From Eledone cirrhosa (lineage: Eukaryota): a stretch of DNA of 64,000 nucleotides. The stretch is taken from NCBI GenBank assembly GCA_964016885.1, contig OZ024742.1, positions 176,824,001 to 176,888,000 of the forward strand, in the 5' to 3' direction. Within the stretch, counting starts at the first letter, position 1; every line of letters begins with the position of its first letter. The notes below the pieces were generated by a model that worked only from the letters and a program-made list of their open reading frames with translations, did not search any database and was not told where the DNA came from. Position numbers and translations under genes: made by a program. This document shows, one piece after another, positions 29,608-42,981 of the stretch.

Positions 29608-31569
29608 GTGTCGTTTTGTTTGCATGTGTGTGCGTGTATGCGTACAGAGACAGACAGACATATTGGATAGACTGATAGTTAGGAAGGTGGGCAGACAGAC
29701 ATATTGTCATATACCGACAGTTTGATAAAGAGGTGTAGATTTTGGCAAAATGCTTATTTGTCTGTCAGATTTTTCACATTTCTTGAAACTCTAATTCAAT
29801 TGAATCCATTTAGCCATGTTGTTTCTAATAATAGTTTTCAATCTTTAACAAGTAAAGGTTATTGACACTCCGTATAATTGAGTATATATACTTAATTTTA
29901 TCGACGATATTGTCTTTAAATGTTAAGTCGACTTCGATGTGTTTGAACGCAGAATGTAATAAAGAAACGAAAGGAGCTTAATGTCATACCTGATCAAAAA
30001 AGACTATATATCCATTGGTCTTTCCATTACAGCTTTAATTTGTCGGTCACAACTCCTGCCTGGAGAGGGATGCATTTGGACTCAGAACATACAGCGTTCT
30101 AGCACTCAGAGAGATGCCTCTTGTCCTACATTTATCGATTCCGCCCATGCCTCATCACCCCGGACTAGTACTTTATTTATCGACCCTGATCGGATGAGAG
30201 CCAAAGTCTCCCTCGACAGTATTTGAACTCAGATCGCAGCAAGTCGGAACTGATACTGATCTAGTTACTTCCCATCGCAGGATCGAGGACAATCTATATG
30301 TCCATGATGTTCTTCGGGAAGCAAGTGACAACAGTGGGCCTCGAATACTTGTCCGATCATTCTCGGAAGCTTGCTACAGTGGCGCAGTTCACACAAAATC
30401 ATCACTTGGATGAATCCATTGGACATTTAAAAGACTGTCGTCTAAGTGAGAAATGAGTCCCATATCCACCAATTTGTGTGTCAGAGAAATTTTTCTCCGA
30501 GAGAGACGTCCAACCAATCTAATAAGCTCTCCCTACCCATATTGGGTGGCGATTGACTTCCCCGAGTTTCACCGCATTTGAGGTATGTCTTTGTCATCAG
30601 ATGTAATTAATTTACAGAGGTACTTAAATCGACGCTCTATCAATTCTTCCAATTAGCCGCTTAAGGCAATGAGATAAAGCAATATATTGATCTCGGTACT
30701 CTACTGATTCTGTTTGCCCATTGTATTCTAAAGAAAATTTCTATTTGTTGAAGGGCAATTTACGGAAGGAAATTAATCTTATCCAACTCTGAAACCTATG
30801 TATGTTATTGTATATTTTCTTTTCTGTGTTGCTATCGTTGTGTTATCAGGAAACTATTTCTCTTATGAATCTTATATTAAACCAAGTCTTATCGACGCCC
30901 GAAAACGTTATTATTTTGAATTCTTTCTGCCCAGAAAACTTGTTTTCATTACTGATATTTCATGTTCATATCCATTGACTTCCGCTTTTTCGGACGGCGT
31001 CTGTTTATTATCACATGTCGAAGATTCAGTTATGAAGTCATCTATTTTCAGGCGCCACACATGTATTTGCGTAGATCTCTTAAGGTAATCTCACGTATTG
31101 AAATTCGCTTTCTTGTCAACCTTTGAATTCTATATTTTTCTTAATACAGTTGGTTTATTAGGTAAGTTGGCAAACTATTCCTGGATGCTAAATGCAGGAA
31201 ATTTGATTTTCATGAACAAAAACGCTTGCTCTGTTTTGTTGACATATTGCAAACTGCAATGAAGAAATACGGAATTAGAATATAGGGAAATATATATATA
31301 AAATACAAATAATTCTACAGAAAACTCAATTGATATCATTCAGTCAAGCTTCCAACAATAATTTGCAACTACGACTTGAAGTATGATAACTGGTGAAAAT
31401 AAGTATAGCAATTATATATATCAAATATGTTATCTATTGTATAGATGTTCTATTCATATACTAGAGTCACACCAAAAGCGTATCAATATGTTTGGTTGAT
31501 ACACAAATTGTATCAATACATTTGGTTAATACATTAATTGCATCAATAAATTTGGTTATCCAAAACAGT

Positions 31570-32200
31570 GAAAATCATTGGCGTTTCGAATAAAAGACCA
31601 CCATCGGAAGTATTAAGTAATAAATGAAGGAAAAGAAAAAGGACTAAATAAGTTAAAGGTCAGGAGTCAGATGTAGATGAGATAGTAAATGATAGATATA
31701 AATGTAAGGAGAGAGGGATACGACAGGAGTTGGTTGGAGTGATTGAAGATGACAAAAAATGTCACTGTAGTTTGCGTTAACCAGCGATGGACACCCATTC
31801 ACATAGTTGCAAAGTACAGTGATTTCAGGGTTCCGAGTTACCAGATATATTCACGGCTATAGGTTCGACAAAAGACCTATATGATAGCAACATGTATTAT
31901 GTCAGCTGATAACCTGCAGTTAGCCACGTGACAATGCTATGCTTCACTCTAGTGCTAGTTTCACTGGAAAAAGTGTCATGATGAAAATCACATCCCAAAT
32001 TAGAGACTTACCACTTAATATCACAATGGTACCAATGATTCTTGATTTAACCGATAATTCTATATTCAGAATTATAACAGAGGAAACATCCAGCGTGTTA
32101 AGCTACCGACCAGTTCCCTACTCGATTGGATCAATATAGATTGGGTGATTTGTGAGAATAAGTCCCTCGATATAGGATAGCTTTAATCTCCCTCGCCTTT
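31570..32200 (-). mobile_element. Very old PLE 3' relic
   Basis: Reverse complement gives II*VFCRTYSREYIW, resembling the GIY-YIG signature. Degenerate CCGATGG..GAAACGCC at about 31578-31607. Confidence 0.3.
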
Positions 32201-32627
32201 TTTCGAGGTATCACTTTATTTTATCTGCAGGAACGACAAAACATTTGTATGGTTTGCTGTGATGTAGTAAGACCTTTTGTTATTGCAAACAACAAAATAA
32301 ATAAATCTAAAATTAAAATAAAGTATAAATATTTAAATCCAACTAGAATTGTTATTCAAAATCACTACCGCCCCCAAAGGAAAAAGAAAATTGTTTTTAG
32401 ATTCAAACATTCGAAATTGTAAGCATTGAGAAAACATAATTGCTATTTTCCTAAAATATGCATGCATGTCATAGTTTTATTATACATACGGATATCAGTT
32501 GTACTAGGTTCCTGTTTCCAAATAAAGAATTTGAAAATAAGCATATTGTATGGAAATTGATTTTTTTTCCTCTAAAACAAAATATTTAAAACGAAATAGC
32601 TCAATCCATGTTTATATTATTTTATAA

Positions 32628-32820
32628 TGGTGGTGAATTGACAAAATCGTTAGCTTGGGTCACATGTTTTGTGGCATTTGCTTCTGCTCTTTGTTCCCGT
32701 GTGCGGAAGTCAACATTGTTGTCATCTTTACGGAGTCGATAAAATAAAGTACCAGTCAAAAATCGAATTTTCTCTCTTCCCGAATTGCAAGACTTGTGCC
32801 TAGATTAGAAATCACTATTT
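32628..32820 (+). mobile_element. Older diverged SINE related to SINE-A
   Basis: ggtggtgaattgacaaaatcgttag..cggagtcgataaaataaagtaccagt..cttgtgcctagattagaaa. Confidence 0.65.
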
Positions 32821-32956
32821 TGTATAATTTTCATTGTCTCTATCCACTTTTACTTGTCAATGTTATTTATTTGTTTTCTTCCAATCCGACAAGGTGCTTT
32901 CTGATATGTGTCGAGTAATTTCAACAATATATGGTCCAGGCTCTTGATCAATTAAC

Positions 32957-32992
<36 letters not shown>

Positions 32993-32995
<3 letters not shown>

Positions 32996-34597
32996 AACGA
33001 GTAGGACCCCATTTTCTTGACGGCTGAGCTCAAGCCGGTTCGACGGCTAATTCTGGACTAAATGAACATTTTTATCCTGGTATATGAATAGCCGAGTTTC
33101 TCAGGGGGTAATTCCATATATGGTAAAAGTGATTGTCACAAGGATTGGTCAAAATATTGTTGTTGAGACATAATTCTATCATGGCAATTTTTGGAGGGAA
33201 GGGGTAGCTGAACCTGCCAGTAGAAGAAAGTGGGAGAGGGGGAGGAGGAAACCCAGTCGTGCGTTGATAGTGCCAACAACAGCTGGGCAGGAGGTCAAGG
33301 AAGTTTACTAGGGAGGGGGAGGGGGAGAAAGTCGAAACAATAAGTAAAACAATATGGGGTAAATATATAGAAAAATACCGAGAATGTTAAAAAAAAAAAA
33401 TTAATTATAAAAAAAAAAAACAACAATTTCTGGTTACTATAACCTAAGGACAGCTATCAAGTCTCTCACTGGTACTGCTAGACTAAAGAAAGGTTTACTA
33501 GGTCGGACGGAATTATAAAGAGACCCTTTTAAGAGGTATTAGTAATCAACCGAGTATATCTTACGGTAACGGGTCAACAAGTGGGGGGCCAAAATACTAA
33601 AGAAACTACCACGAAATAATAATTCAGAGTCCCAAAGCTAATACAAAATAAAGGTTTCTACCCCAGGCACAAGGCCAGCAACCACCCAGTGCAAAAAAAT
33701 AAACTAATACGAAATAATAATTCAGAATCCCGAAAAAGAATACTAATACTATCTCTAAAGGTGCCGCTACGATACAAAAATTCTAGTGCAAACTACATAA
33801 ATGCTCGTACGAAGTATATGAAAAATTTAATAGGGAAAATTAATTCAGAAGGGTCTTGAAGTCACATGCGGTTAATCCTATATAAGCTTTGTTGGAGGTG
33901 TCCGTCCTCAGGTTGCACTGGTAGATCATATTACGATCTCTGCATCTGTTGTCGAGGGGGCAAATGGATCCAGCAGGACAGTTGCACCTCCTGGTCGGCT
34001 CTCCACTGCTATTTAGGTTATTTCTTCCATCGGGGTTGAGTTTTTTGTTGTTAGAGGAGACGATGTTTTGTGCAAAATTTGGTGTGGTGCTGTAGGAGAG
34101 TTTGATGGTATTTATGTTAATTATGTTGTGGTAGCGGTGTTGTAGTTGGAAGTGTTTTTCAATGAGCCTAAAGAAGATATTCCCGATAGGAGTTGTCACC
34201 TCGGCGTTATGGGGAGGATTGAACCATGTTACATTGCGTGAGTGGCGGTGTCGCCTGCTGGTTCCGTTAGTGGAAGCTGGACTGTAGGATATTTCCTCCC
34301 GGAAACCACTCCGCTTGAGGGCCTGGTTGTAATAAGGCGCATGTTCCTCGAATATCTGCTCATCAGCGGACAAACGAGATATGCGGAGGGAGATATTTTT
34401 AACCAGGTTATTGGTGATGTTCCTAGGATGGTTTGACCGGCGGTGGATGTAATGCAGGTTGTCGTTGGGTTTCCTGTATGGGTAGTACAGATCATTATCG
34501 AGGTCCTACTCGTTCCTATTACCCACTCTACTACCCTAAGTATTGAGTTCTTTGGTGCGTTATGGTCCACCTGGTTCCTTACCACATTTCCTTCGTT
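32993..34597 (-). mobile_element. Penelope-like element, Hydra-like linker, interrupted
   Basis: ORF 33840-34373: YNQALKRSGF, VTWFNPP, INTIKLSYS, CNCPAGSICPLDNRC, MIYQC, YIGLTACDFKT. Flanked by (TA)n. Confidence 0.8.
33654..33693 (-). mobile_element. 40-bp SINE-A 3' fragment with clustered T>C changes (A>G on the SINE sense strand)
   Basis: gtttctaCCCCaggcacaaggccagcaaCCacccagtgca versus consensus gtttctacTTTaggcacaaggccagcaaTTacccagtgca. Confidence 0.7.
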
Positions 34598-35137
34598 ATA
34601 TATATATATATATATATACCGTGGCGGACTGGCCAGGTTCTCTAATGTCATATAGGTCCAAGGGGGTCAACTGTAGAATTGCAGGGCCCACTATAGTGTT
34701 TTAGAGGCCAATGCTTTGCTTTCAAAAAATATATAAAATAAATAAAACAATTAAACAAAGCATTTCGTCAACCAATTCCCCAGGGAATTGTTAGAAACCA
34801 AAATATTGATAGTGCAAATACCTCGAACAATGCATGCAAACATACCTATATACAGACACACACAAGCATATATATATATATATTGTTATACTTTGGGAGG
34901 GTCACAAATTCAGAAAGGAAATATATATATATATATATATATATATAGATAATTTAATATATCAACTAACATAGGCGCACAGATGCACGTCCATGCCAGC
35001 AAATACACAGGTTATGTCATAGTACCTAGGTGGTTCAATGCAGGAGGGTGCAGAACAATAATATAAAAGACGTAAAATAAGAAAATATTTTTAAAAAAAT
35101 TTTTTAAAAAATTTTTTACTTACTTACTTAAATTTTC

Positions 35138-35219
35138 ACTCCAACTAATTAGTTTCTGCAATGGGATAAAGACAGTTACATAATCCAACTGTCGAGAATT
35201 CATTGCGTCATCAGGGAGT
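35138..35219 (-). ncRNA. Type I hammerhead ribozyme, array unit 1
   Basis: Reverse complement of the motif at 36759-36840. Confidence 0.78.
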
Positions 35220-35692
35220 CTATTCTCAGCTGAGCCTCCAGGCAATGCGCGGACACTAGCGGCTCATATAAAAATAATAATTCGGTAGAAAGAACAGCTA
35301 GGCGAGGACTGGATTCTATGTACTGAAATTCTCACTGCTTCCAGTCAAATGTCCGATTCTAAAGAATCAATCACGTGACATAGAGGCTAGTTAGAAGGAA
35401 TGGGATGGTAAGATGACTGACGCCTACTAACACCCCAAAAAAAAAATTTTGAAGTGGTTTTGGCAGGTTTGCTCGGCAAATCAGTGATTTGGAGATAAAT
35501 ATAGATAATTTAATATATCAACTAACATAGGCGCACAGATGCACGTCCATGCCAGCAAATACACAGGTTATGTCATAGTACCTAGGTGGTTCAATGCAGG
35601 AGGGTGCAGAACAATAATATAAAAGACGTAAAATAAGAAAATATTTTTTAAAAAATTTTTTAAAAAATTTTTACTTACTTACTTAAATTTTC

Positions 35693-35774
35693 ACTCCAAC
35701 TAATTAGTTTCTGCAATGGGATAAAGACAGTTACATAATCCAACTGTCGAGAGTTCATTGCGTCATCAGGGAGT
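35693..35774 (-). ncRNA. Type I hammerhead ribozyme, array unit 2
   Basis: Reverse complement of the motif at 36759-36840. Confidence 0.78.
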
Positions 35775-36758
35775 CTATTCTCAGCTGAGCCTCAAGGCAA
35801 TGCGCGGACACTAGCGGCTCATATAAAAATAATAATTCGGTAGAAAGAACAGCTAGGCGAGGACAGGATTCTATGTACTGAAATTCTCACTGCTTCCAGT
35901 CAAATGTCCGATTCTAAAGAATCAATCACGTGACATAGAGGCTAGTTAGAAGGAATGGGATGGTAAGATGACTGACGCCTACTAACACCCCAAAAAAAAA
36001 ATTTTGAAGTGGTTTTGGCAGGTTTGCTCGACAAATCAGTGATTTGGAGATAAATATAGATAATTTAATATATCAACTAACATAGGCGCACAGATGCACG
36101 TCCATGCCAGCAAATACACAGGTTATGTCATAGTACCTAGGTGGTTCAATGCAGGAGGGTGCAGAACAATAATATAAAAGACGTAAAATAAGAAAATATT
36201 TTTTAAAAAATTTTTTAAAAAATTTTTTACTTACTTACTTAAATTTTCACTCCAACTAATTAGTTTCTGCAATGGGATAAAGACAGTTACATAATCCAAC
36301 TGTCGAGAATTCATTGCGTCATCATTTTTTAAAAAATATTTTCTTATTTTACGTCTTTTATATTATTGTTCTGCACCCTCCTGCATTGAACCACCTAGGT
36401 ACTATGACATAACCTGTGTATTTGCTGGCATGGACGTGCATCTGTGCGCCTATGTTAGTTGATATATTAAATTATCTATATTTATCTCCAAATCACTGAT
36501 TTGTCGAGCAAACCTGCCAAAACCACTTCAAAATTTTTTTTGGGGTGTTAGTAGGCGTCAGTCATCTTACCATCCCATTCCTTCTAACTAGCCTCTATAT
36601 CACGTGATTGATTCTTTAGAATCGGACATTTGACTGGAAGCAGTGAGAATTTCAGTACATAGAATCCAGTCCTCGCCTAGCTGTTCTTTCTACCGAATTA
36701 TTATTTTTATATGAGCCGCTAGTGTCCGCGCATTGCCTGGAGGCTCAGCTGAGAATAG

Positions 36759-36840
36759 ACTCCCTGATGACGCAATGAATTCTCGACAGTTGGATTATGT
36801 AACTGTCTTTATCCCATTGCAGAAACTAATTAGTTGGAGT
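36759..36840 (+). ncRNA. Type I hammerhead ribozyme with extended stem II
   Basis: ACTCC CTGATGA C GCAATG-aattctc-GACAGTT-ggattatgt-AACTGTC-tttatcc-CATTGC A GAAA CTAATTA GTT|GGAGT. Stem I ACTCC/GGAGT, palindromic stem III ACTAATTAGT, GUU triplet, non-canonical C/A at 10.1-11.1. Confidence 0.8.
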
Positions 36841-36907
36841 GAAAATTTAAGTAAGTAAGTAAAAAGTTTTTTAAAAAATTTTTAAAAAAATATTTTCTTA
36901 TTTTACG

Positions 36908-37436
<529 letters not shown>

Positions 37437-37574
37437 GAACGTAAAAAAGTGACAGACGAGTTGGTATATAAAAATAAATAGTAAAAAGGACATCATTAGA
37501 AAATGCTGGAGAGATCTTTTCAATATAATATCAAAACATTTATCTATAGAGAGGGTATACATATTATATATACA

Positions 37575-37965
37575 TACATGCATACATACATACATGGTGG
37601 CTGCCAACTCGTTTTCGAGTACGGCCACTACTTTATATCCTTGTAGGAGAACCCCTACCGATGCGCTGAACGAGTGTGACTTTTTAGTCCAGCCAGCGAC
37701 TTGAAAACTCTGGTACAAATACTACACTTGTGACAATTATTGACACATAGTGCTGGGCCCATGGTACCATGTGACGACAAGTGCAGAGAGATCTCCAGAT
37801 ATTTAAGCAATGCCTGTGCCGTGAAGCTTTTATAGTGAGCAAAGGCACTGCACAAAGCCAGTCGCACTCTCTTAACCAAGATGATATTTACCAAAAAGAA
37901 CAAGTCAACATCATTGGATACCATCAGGGTTGCAGGTGTTATATCAGAGTTTTCCTTCTCCTAGA
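37575..37965 (-). mobile_element. RTE-clade LINE 3' end
   Basis: C-terminal C2H2 [22 protein letters not shown] followed by a short 3'UTR and a (TATG)n tail. Confidence 0.65.
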
Positions 37966-37991
37966 ATTCTGCCACGCACACACACACACAC

Positions 37992-38048
<57 letters not shown>

Positions 38049-38121
38049 TATATGCGTGTGTGTGTGTGTATATATATAAGTATATATATATATGTATATA
38101 TATATATGTATGTATGTATAA

Positions 38122-38202
<81 letters not shown>

Positions 38203-38444
38203 TGAAAAACCACAGATGTGAGAAAAACCAAAGACCCTCTAGCTCATTTCTACTTTTGAAAAGCAGAAGCGCGAAACCGGTAAAGGAACCAAATAAATAT
38301 ATTTTTCTTTTTAAAAAAGACTCCAGTTGCATTTCCGATTTCCTCTTTTTTCCTTATACTTTTACTGGAGTAGGACAGCTCGGTTATTTTTCATTTTGTA
38401 AAACAAACCTCACTTTCTAATATATATATATATATATATATTTT

Positions 38445-38706
38445 TTTTTTGCAAGGTTTTTGATATGAAATCATGTGTCGAAACAAATATTGTTATACTT
38501 GGGTAGGGTCATATTGACAGAAATAATCACTCAACACACTCCCTGTTTGATTTGATGTTCAATCAATGATAAACAATGATTGCCAAATAAATCGCCTATG
38601 GAGATATAAATGATGCAGAAGTGAAAACCAACCCAAACCAAACGGTGAGTCTGTTCTCTTATTATTTCTGCCAATATTATGACAATATGACCCTCCCCAA
38701 GTATAA
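38445..38706. mobile_element. Family-B element remnants (inverted pair)
   Basis: gtgtcgaaacaaatattgttatacttgggtagggtcatatt... / ...aatatgaccctccccaagtataa. Confidence 0.7.
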
Positions 38707-38759
38707 TAATAATAATAATAATAATAAGGGTGATCCACTGGCCCCTATGCAAAGTAAAC

Positions 38760-39300
38760 AATTTAACACATTCTTAGAAGTGGTATGAGCATAAGCCAGA
38801 GTCGGTGATAGAAAACGATCAGGTGAAGGTGCTGTGTGATTTTAGGATACAGGCGGAAAAAAAACTGGAACACAATAGACCTGACATGGTGGTTTTGGAC
38901 AAGGAAAAAAGATCGTGCCTGATTGTAGATGTAACCTGCCCATTCGACACGAGAGTGCAAGAGAAGGAGAGGGAGAAAATTAACCCATACCAAGACTTAA
39001 AGTGGGAGGTAAAAAGGATTTGGAACTGCCATGAAGTCAAAGTGGTCCCGATTGTCATAGGCGCACTAGGTAATATCTCAAAAGTTTACAGGGATGGATA
39101 AAGAAAATTGGCCCAGCCACGCTTTTTTGGAACGCTTCAAAAGGCATGCTTGCTGGGAACAGCAAGAACCCTCCGATACGTCCTGAATATCTGAGGCTGC
39201 AGGTAGTGGCTTGATATTCATTTCAACAAACTTTCCAGTTAACTAACATCAATGACTGAGACTCAAAGAACAATAATAATAATAATAGTAATAATAATAA
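38760..39300 (+). mobile_element. RLE-type LINE (R4/Dong-like) 3' end with (TAA)n tail
   Basis: VLCDFRIQ..HNRPDMVV..LIVDVTCPFD..EKINPYQDL..VVPIVIGALG (PD-D endonuclease). (AAT)n on both sides. Confidence 0.85.
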
Positions 39301-39487
39301 TTTTTTCTACTTTTGGCACAAGGCCAGCAATTTCCCAGTGCATTACTGGTACTTTATTTTATCGACCCCGTAACAATGAAAGGCAAAGTTAACTTCGGCG
39401 GGATTTGAACTCAGATTAGAAAGGGCCATAATTCTATTCATCAAAGCATGGCATCCGACGCTCTACCGATACTGCCAATCCACCACC
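39301..39487 (-). mobile_element. SINE-A
   Basis: Full consensus match, sitting in the LINE's (TAA)n tail. Confidence 0.9.
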
Positions 39488-39508
39488 TTTATTCATTATG
39501 AACATTTA

Positions 39509-40439
39509 TCTATCTATATATATAAAACTGTGGTTGTCTGTCTGTCTATCGATTTTTGGCACACATCTCCTCTTAGAATCTCTGACGGAATTGCACCGAA
39601 ATTGCTATACTTGTACATTGAGCCCTAGCGAAGACATCGGAAAACAAATATTTCAAATTGACCCACCCTATGTGACGAAATCGAATATAATGTATCGATT
39701 TTTGAGCGTAAGTTATCAGTTATTTCCCTTTGTTCTGTTTACATTGAGCGTCTTACGTAAAAAATTACGCTGGCTTTCTCAGCGTTTAAAATGACATTAA
39801 CACAATACACGAACAGTTGTCGAGCCAGCAAAATATTGACCTGCAAAATTCATCAGTTCGAACACTAAGCTTCCGTTTTGCTTCATTTCCATTTAAAAGC
39901 ATTTTAAAACAATATTTTTACTTGAAAACAAGTCTATTTAAAGACTACGTAAAACAAGCAAATATTTCGTCGTTAGGCGTGCAGACAGACAGTCGTGCAG
40001 ACAGACAGTCGTGCAGACAGACAGTCGTGCAGAGAGGTGATATAGGCGTGCAGACAGACAGTCGTGCAGAGAGGTGATATAGGCGTGCAGACAGACAGTC
40101 GTGCAGAGAGGTGATATAGGCGTGCAGACAGACATAACTGATAATTTGGTTACGCTAATGTTTTTCTCTGCGTTGCAGTGTTTACATTTTCGATCTTTGT
40201 TAATAAATAACCAGTGCAGTTTCTATCCCCAGCGTCCTCTTTTGTTATAACATTCGGGTTATCGTTATGTTTTCTTAACTTCATAAGGCATATTGTTGGT
40301 TGAGGGAATATTAATCAAAAACACCACATGCAAGTCTGCACAGTAGACACTACAGTTTTTAAGCCAAGAAAGAAACTTAACATTGTAACTTTAACACAGC
40401 TACTGAGCGACCCCGAGCAACGCCGGGCTTTACTGCTAT
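39509..40439 (+). mobile_element. Non-autonomous Helitron-like element
   Basis: 5' A|TCTATCTATATATATAAAA..tgtctgtctgtc. 3' GC-rich hairpin cccgagcaacgccggg, then CTAT|T (CTAG variant). No TSD. Confidence 0.65.
39975..40133. repeat. Minisatellite of 16-bp (gtcgtgcagacagaca) and 37-bp composite units
   Basis: ggcgtgcagacagacagtcgtgcagagaggtgatata repeated. Confidence 0.9.
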
Positions 40440-40452
40440 TTCATTATAAAAT

Positions 40453-40836
40453 AATAATTGTTTCTACTTTTTGGCACAAGGCCAGCAATTACCCCGTGCA
40501 TTATTGGTATTTATGTTATCGACCCCGTAAGGATGAAATGCAAAGTTAACTTCGGCGGGATTTGAAATCAGAATAGCAAGGGCCGTAACTCTTTGCGTCA
40601 AAGTATGGCGTCCGACCCTCTACCGACACTGCCAATCCACCACCTATAATAATTATTTCTGCTTTTGGCACAAGGCCAGCAATTATCCCAGTGCATTACT
40701 GGTACTTTATTTTATCGACCCCGTAAGGATGAAAGGCAAAGTTAACCTTGGCGGGATTTGAACTCAGACCATAAAGGGCCGTAACTCTTTGCTGCAAAGC
40801 ATGGCGTCAGTCCCTCTACCAATTCTACCAATCCAT
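40453..40836 (-). mobile_element. Two head-to-tail SINE-A copies
   Basis: Consensus matches at about 40453-40645 and 40650-40836. Confidence 0.9.
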
Positions 40837-41277
40837 CATGAAATAATAATAATAATTATAATATATATACAATGTCAATTAGATCCCTAGGGACTTTTGT
40901 ACAAGTTGAAAACATGATATATATATATACATGTGTATATATGAAATCTATATATACACATGTATATGCACACATTTACACGCCCCCCCCCCATATATAT
41001 ATATATATATATTGAGTGAGTGTGAAAGACCAAAGTTCATTATTGAATGTCTCTGGATTTCACAAAGTATATAATATTTTTATTGGAGAAGGTAAGGTAT
41101 TTTTTTAGCAAAAATTTGATTACACGTTTTTGTTTCCACTTTTGTATTTTTTTTAAATATTATTTATTCATAATAAAAAATAAATGATAGCATTCTATAA
41201 GATGGAGAGCCTTCTTCATCTCCAGGCATAAAATATTTTTTGACTCAGTCCGCCACTGTACATATATATATATATAT

Positions 41278-41572
41278 CACAAAAAAGAGAATCAGTGTTG
41301 CGACGAAAGGAATTTATTGGACATATTACAATTGTTTCTCGGGCGTCCAGCTCGAGGTACAATCGATATTGTGATCAAACCTGACTTTGAAATCGCGCGG
41401 TCTTCGAATACGTCTCGATTCTACGAAACAGAGGACGTATCCGAGGATCGCGCGATTTCAGGGTCAGGTTTGATCACCATATCGATTGTGCCTCCAGCTG
41501 GTCGCCCGAGAAACAATTGTAATATGTCCAATAAATTCCTTTCGTCGCAACAATGATTCTCTTTTTTATGTG
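41278..41572. repeat. Inverted repeat with about 140-bp arms, next to (TA)n
   Basis: aaaaaagagaatca..gttgcgacgaaaggaatttattggacat... / ...atgtccaataaattcctttcgtcgcaac..tgattctcttttt. Centre at about 41423. Confidence 0.9.
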
Positions 41573-41939
41573 ATATCATACTCTGCTCTACGAGGGCATT
41601 GGGTGCTCATACGGCCTAACACATACGGGCGATTTAAGCATCCAACACCAATTATATATATATATATAATAGAATATAAAAGAAAAACGAACACACATAT
41701 ACAGATATATGTGTTTAATTCGTAAAGGACCTGATTCGCTAAAGTGAAAAGAATACTAACTATAGACAATTGGGTTCGCTTGTCTCAATTTAAGAAAATA
41801 TTAAGAAAATAAATACAAACCGGAATTGTGGTAACTACCAATCACCCAGACAACTTATTGTTTCGCAAATTAATTGTGAATAGAAATACTAATCCAAGCT
41901 CATAAGAGACTATTTTGAGTTCCTAACTCAATATATACC

Positions 41940-41971
<32 letters not shown>

Positions 41972-41975
<4 letters not shown>

Positions 41976-42880
41976 AGGGAAGCAGGAAAATGCTTATTGT
42001 GATCCAGTTCGTGGTTAAGAAAGCCTGTTTCGTGGACGGTTTCAACGTACGGTTAGAGGTAACTCCACAAGTTTGTAATAATTCCGTTCAATCTTGGAGT
42101 ATAAAGTATAAAAGAGAAAACACAGGTAGCATTAATAAAAGGATGTTATCCAGGTATTTACGACCGTTTCATTGGTAAGTTAAACCTTATATTGATATAC
42201 TGCAAATAGAAGCCACTCAATGATAATTGTTGTTCACATCCAAATTTTCAAAATTGTGAGTAAGTTACTCTTAAAAAAGTTCTTAATATATAGAGAAAAA
42301 TATTTTTTTGGAATTGTATTTACTAGTATAGAGAGAGAGAGAGGAAGAGGAATTAAAAAGTGGGGGGACAAACGGAATAGTATAGAGAGAGAGGAAGGGG
42401 GAGAAGAGTTAGGAAGTAGAGTGACAGACTGAGATGGACAGAGGGTAGAGGTGGAAGGATTCCTTGATCAGTTTTGATACGTAGACTTCGTCGTCTATTT
42501 AGATTGTAGTGAGTTAAAGAGAATTAAATTGTTTATAGTGGGAGGGATAGAGCGAGAGAGGGAGGGGAGATATAGAGAGAGATATATATATATAAATAAA
42601 GAGGGAGGGGGGAGAAGAAGAGAAAAGATAGCCAAAACGGGGAGAGAAGAAAGGAAGGAAACGAAAAGAAATAGAAAAGGAATGAAGGAGAAGGTAGGGA
42701 TATAAGTATTGGTTTTTGTGGGTAATTAAAGGGGTTAGATACAATAAGAGGGTAGACAGTCTAAGTATAAGCAGTTTGACAAGTGGTAGTAAGAGGTTAA
42801 GTGTTCGATTTGCAGTTGTAGTGCGAAAACTTTTCTTTGAGTCTATGTTTACAATAAATTGATCTTTCGATTTAATTGTT
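41972..42880 (-). mobile_element. Paralog of the 24312-24920 repeat
   Basis: Colinear similarity; starts at (TA)n. Confidence 0.65.
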
Positions 42881-42981
42881 GAGTAACTTATTCTTCGAAC
42901 TCAAAATGTGGAACAGCTCAAGGTCACATAATCTACAGCTTCTCACACCGCTCCGATATGGAGGCGCGTTCGATAATGTTT

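Noticed and set aside
30300-31300. Possible exon ending at GAG|GTATGT (about 30582) or a LINE relic
   Set aside because: No sustained open frame or interpretable motif.
37655-37924. Host C2H2 zinc-finger exon
   Set aside because: A single terminal finger followed by a short UTR and (TATG)n tail fits an RTE LINE 3' end.
38228-38286. GAAACCGGTA HHR-like tail after a hairpin (similar GAAACCGTA on the minus strand at about 8326-8340)
   Set aside because: The CTGANGA core is not recognisable; at most a decayed relic.
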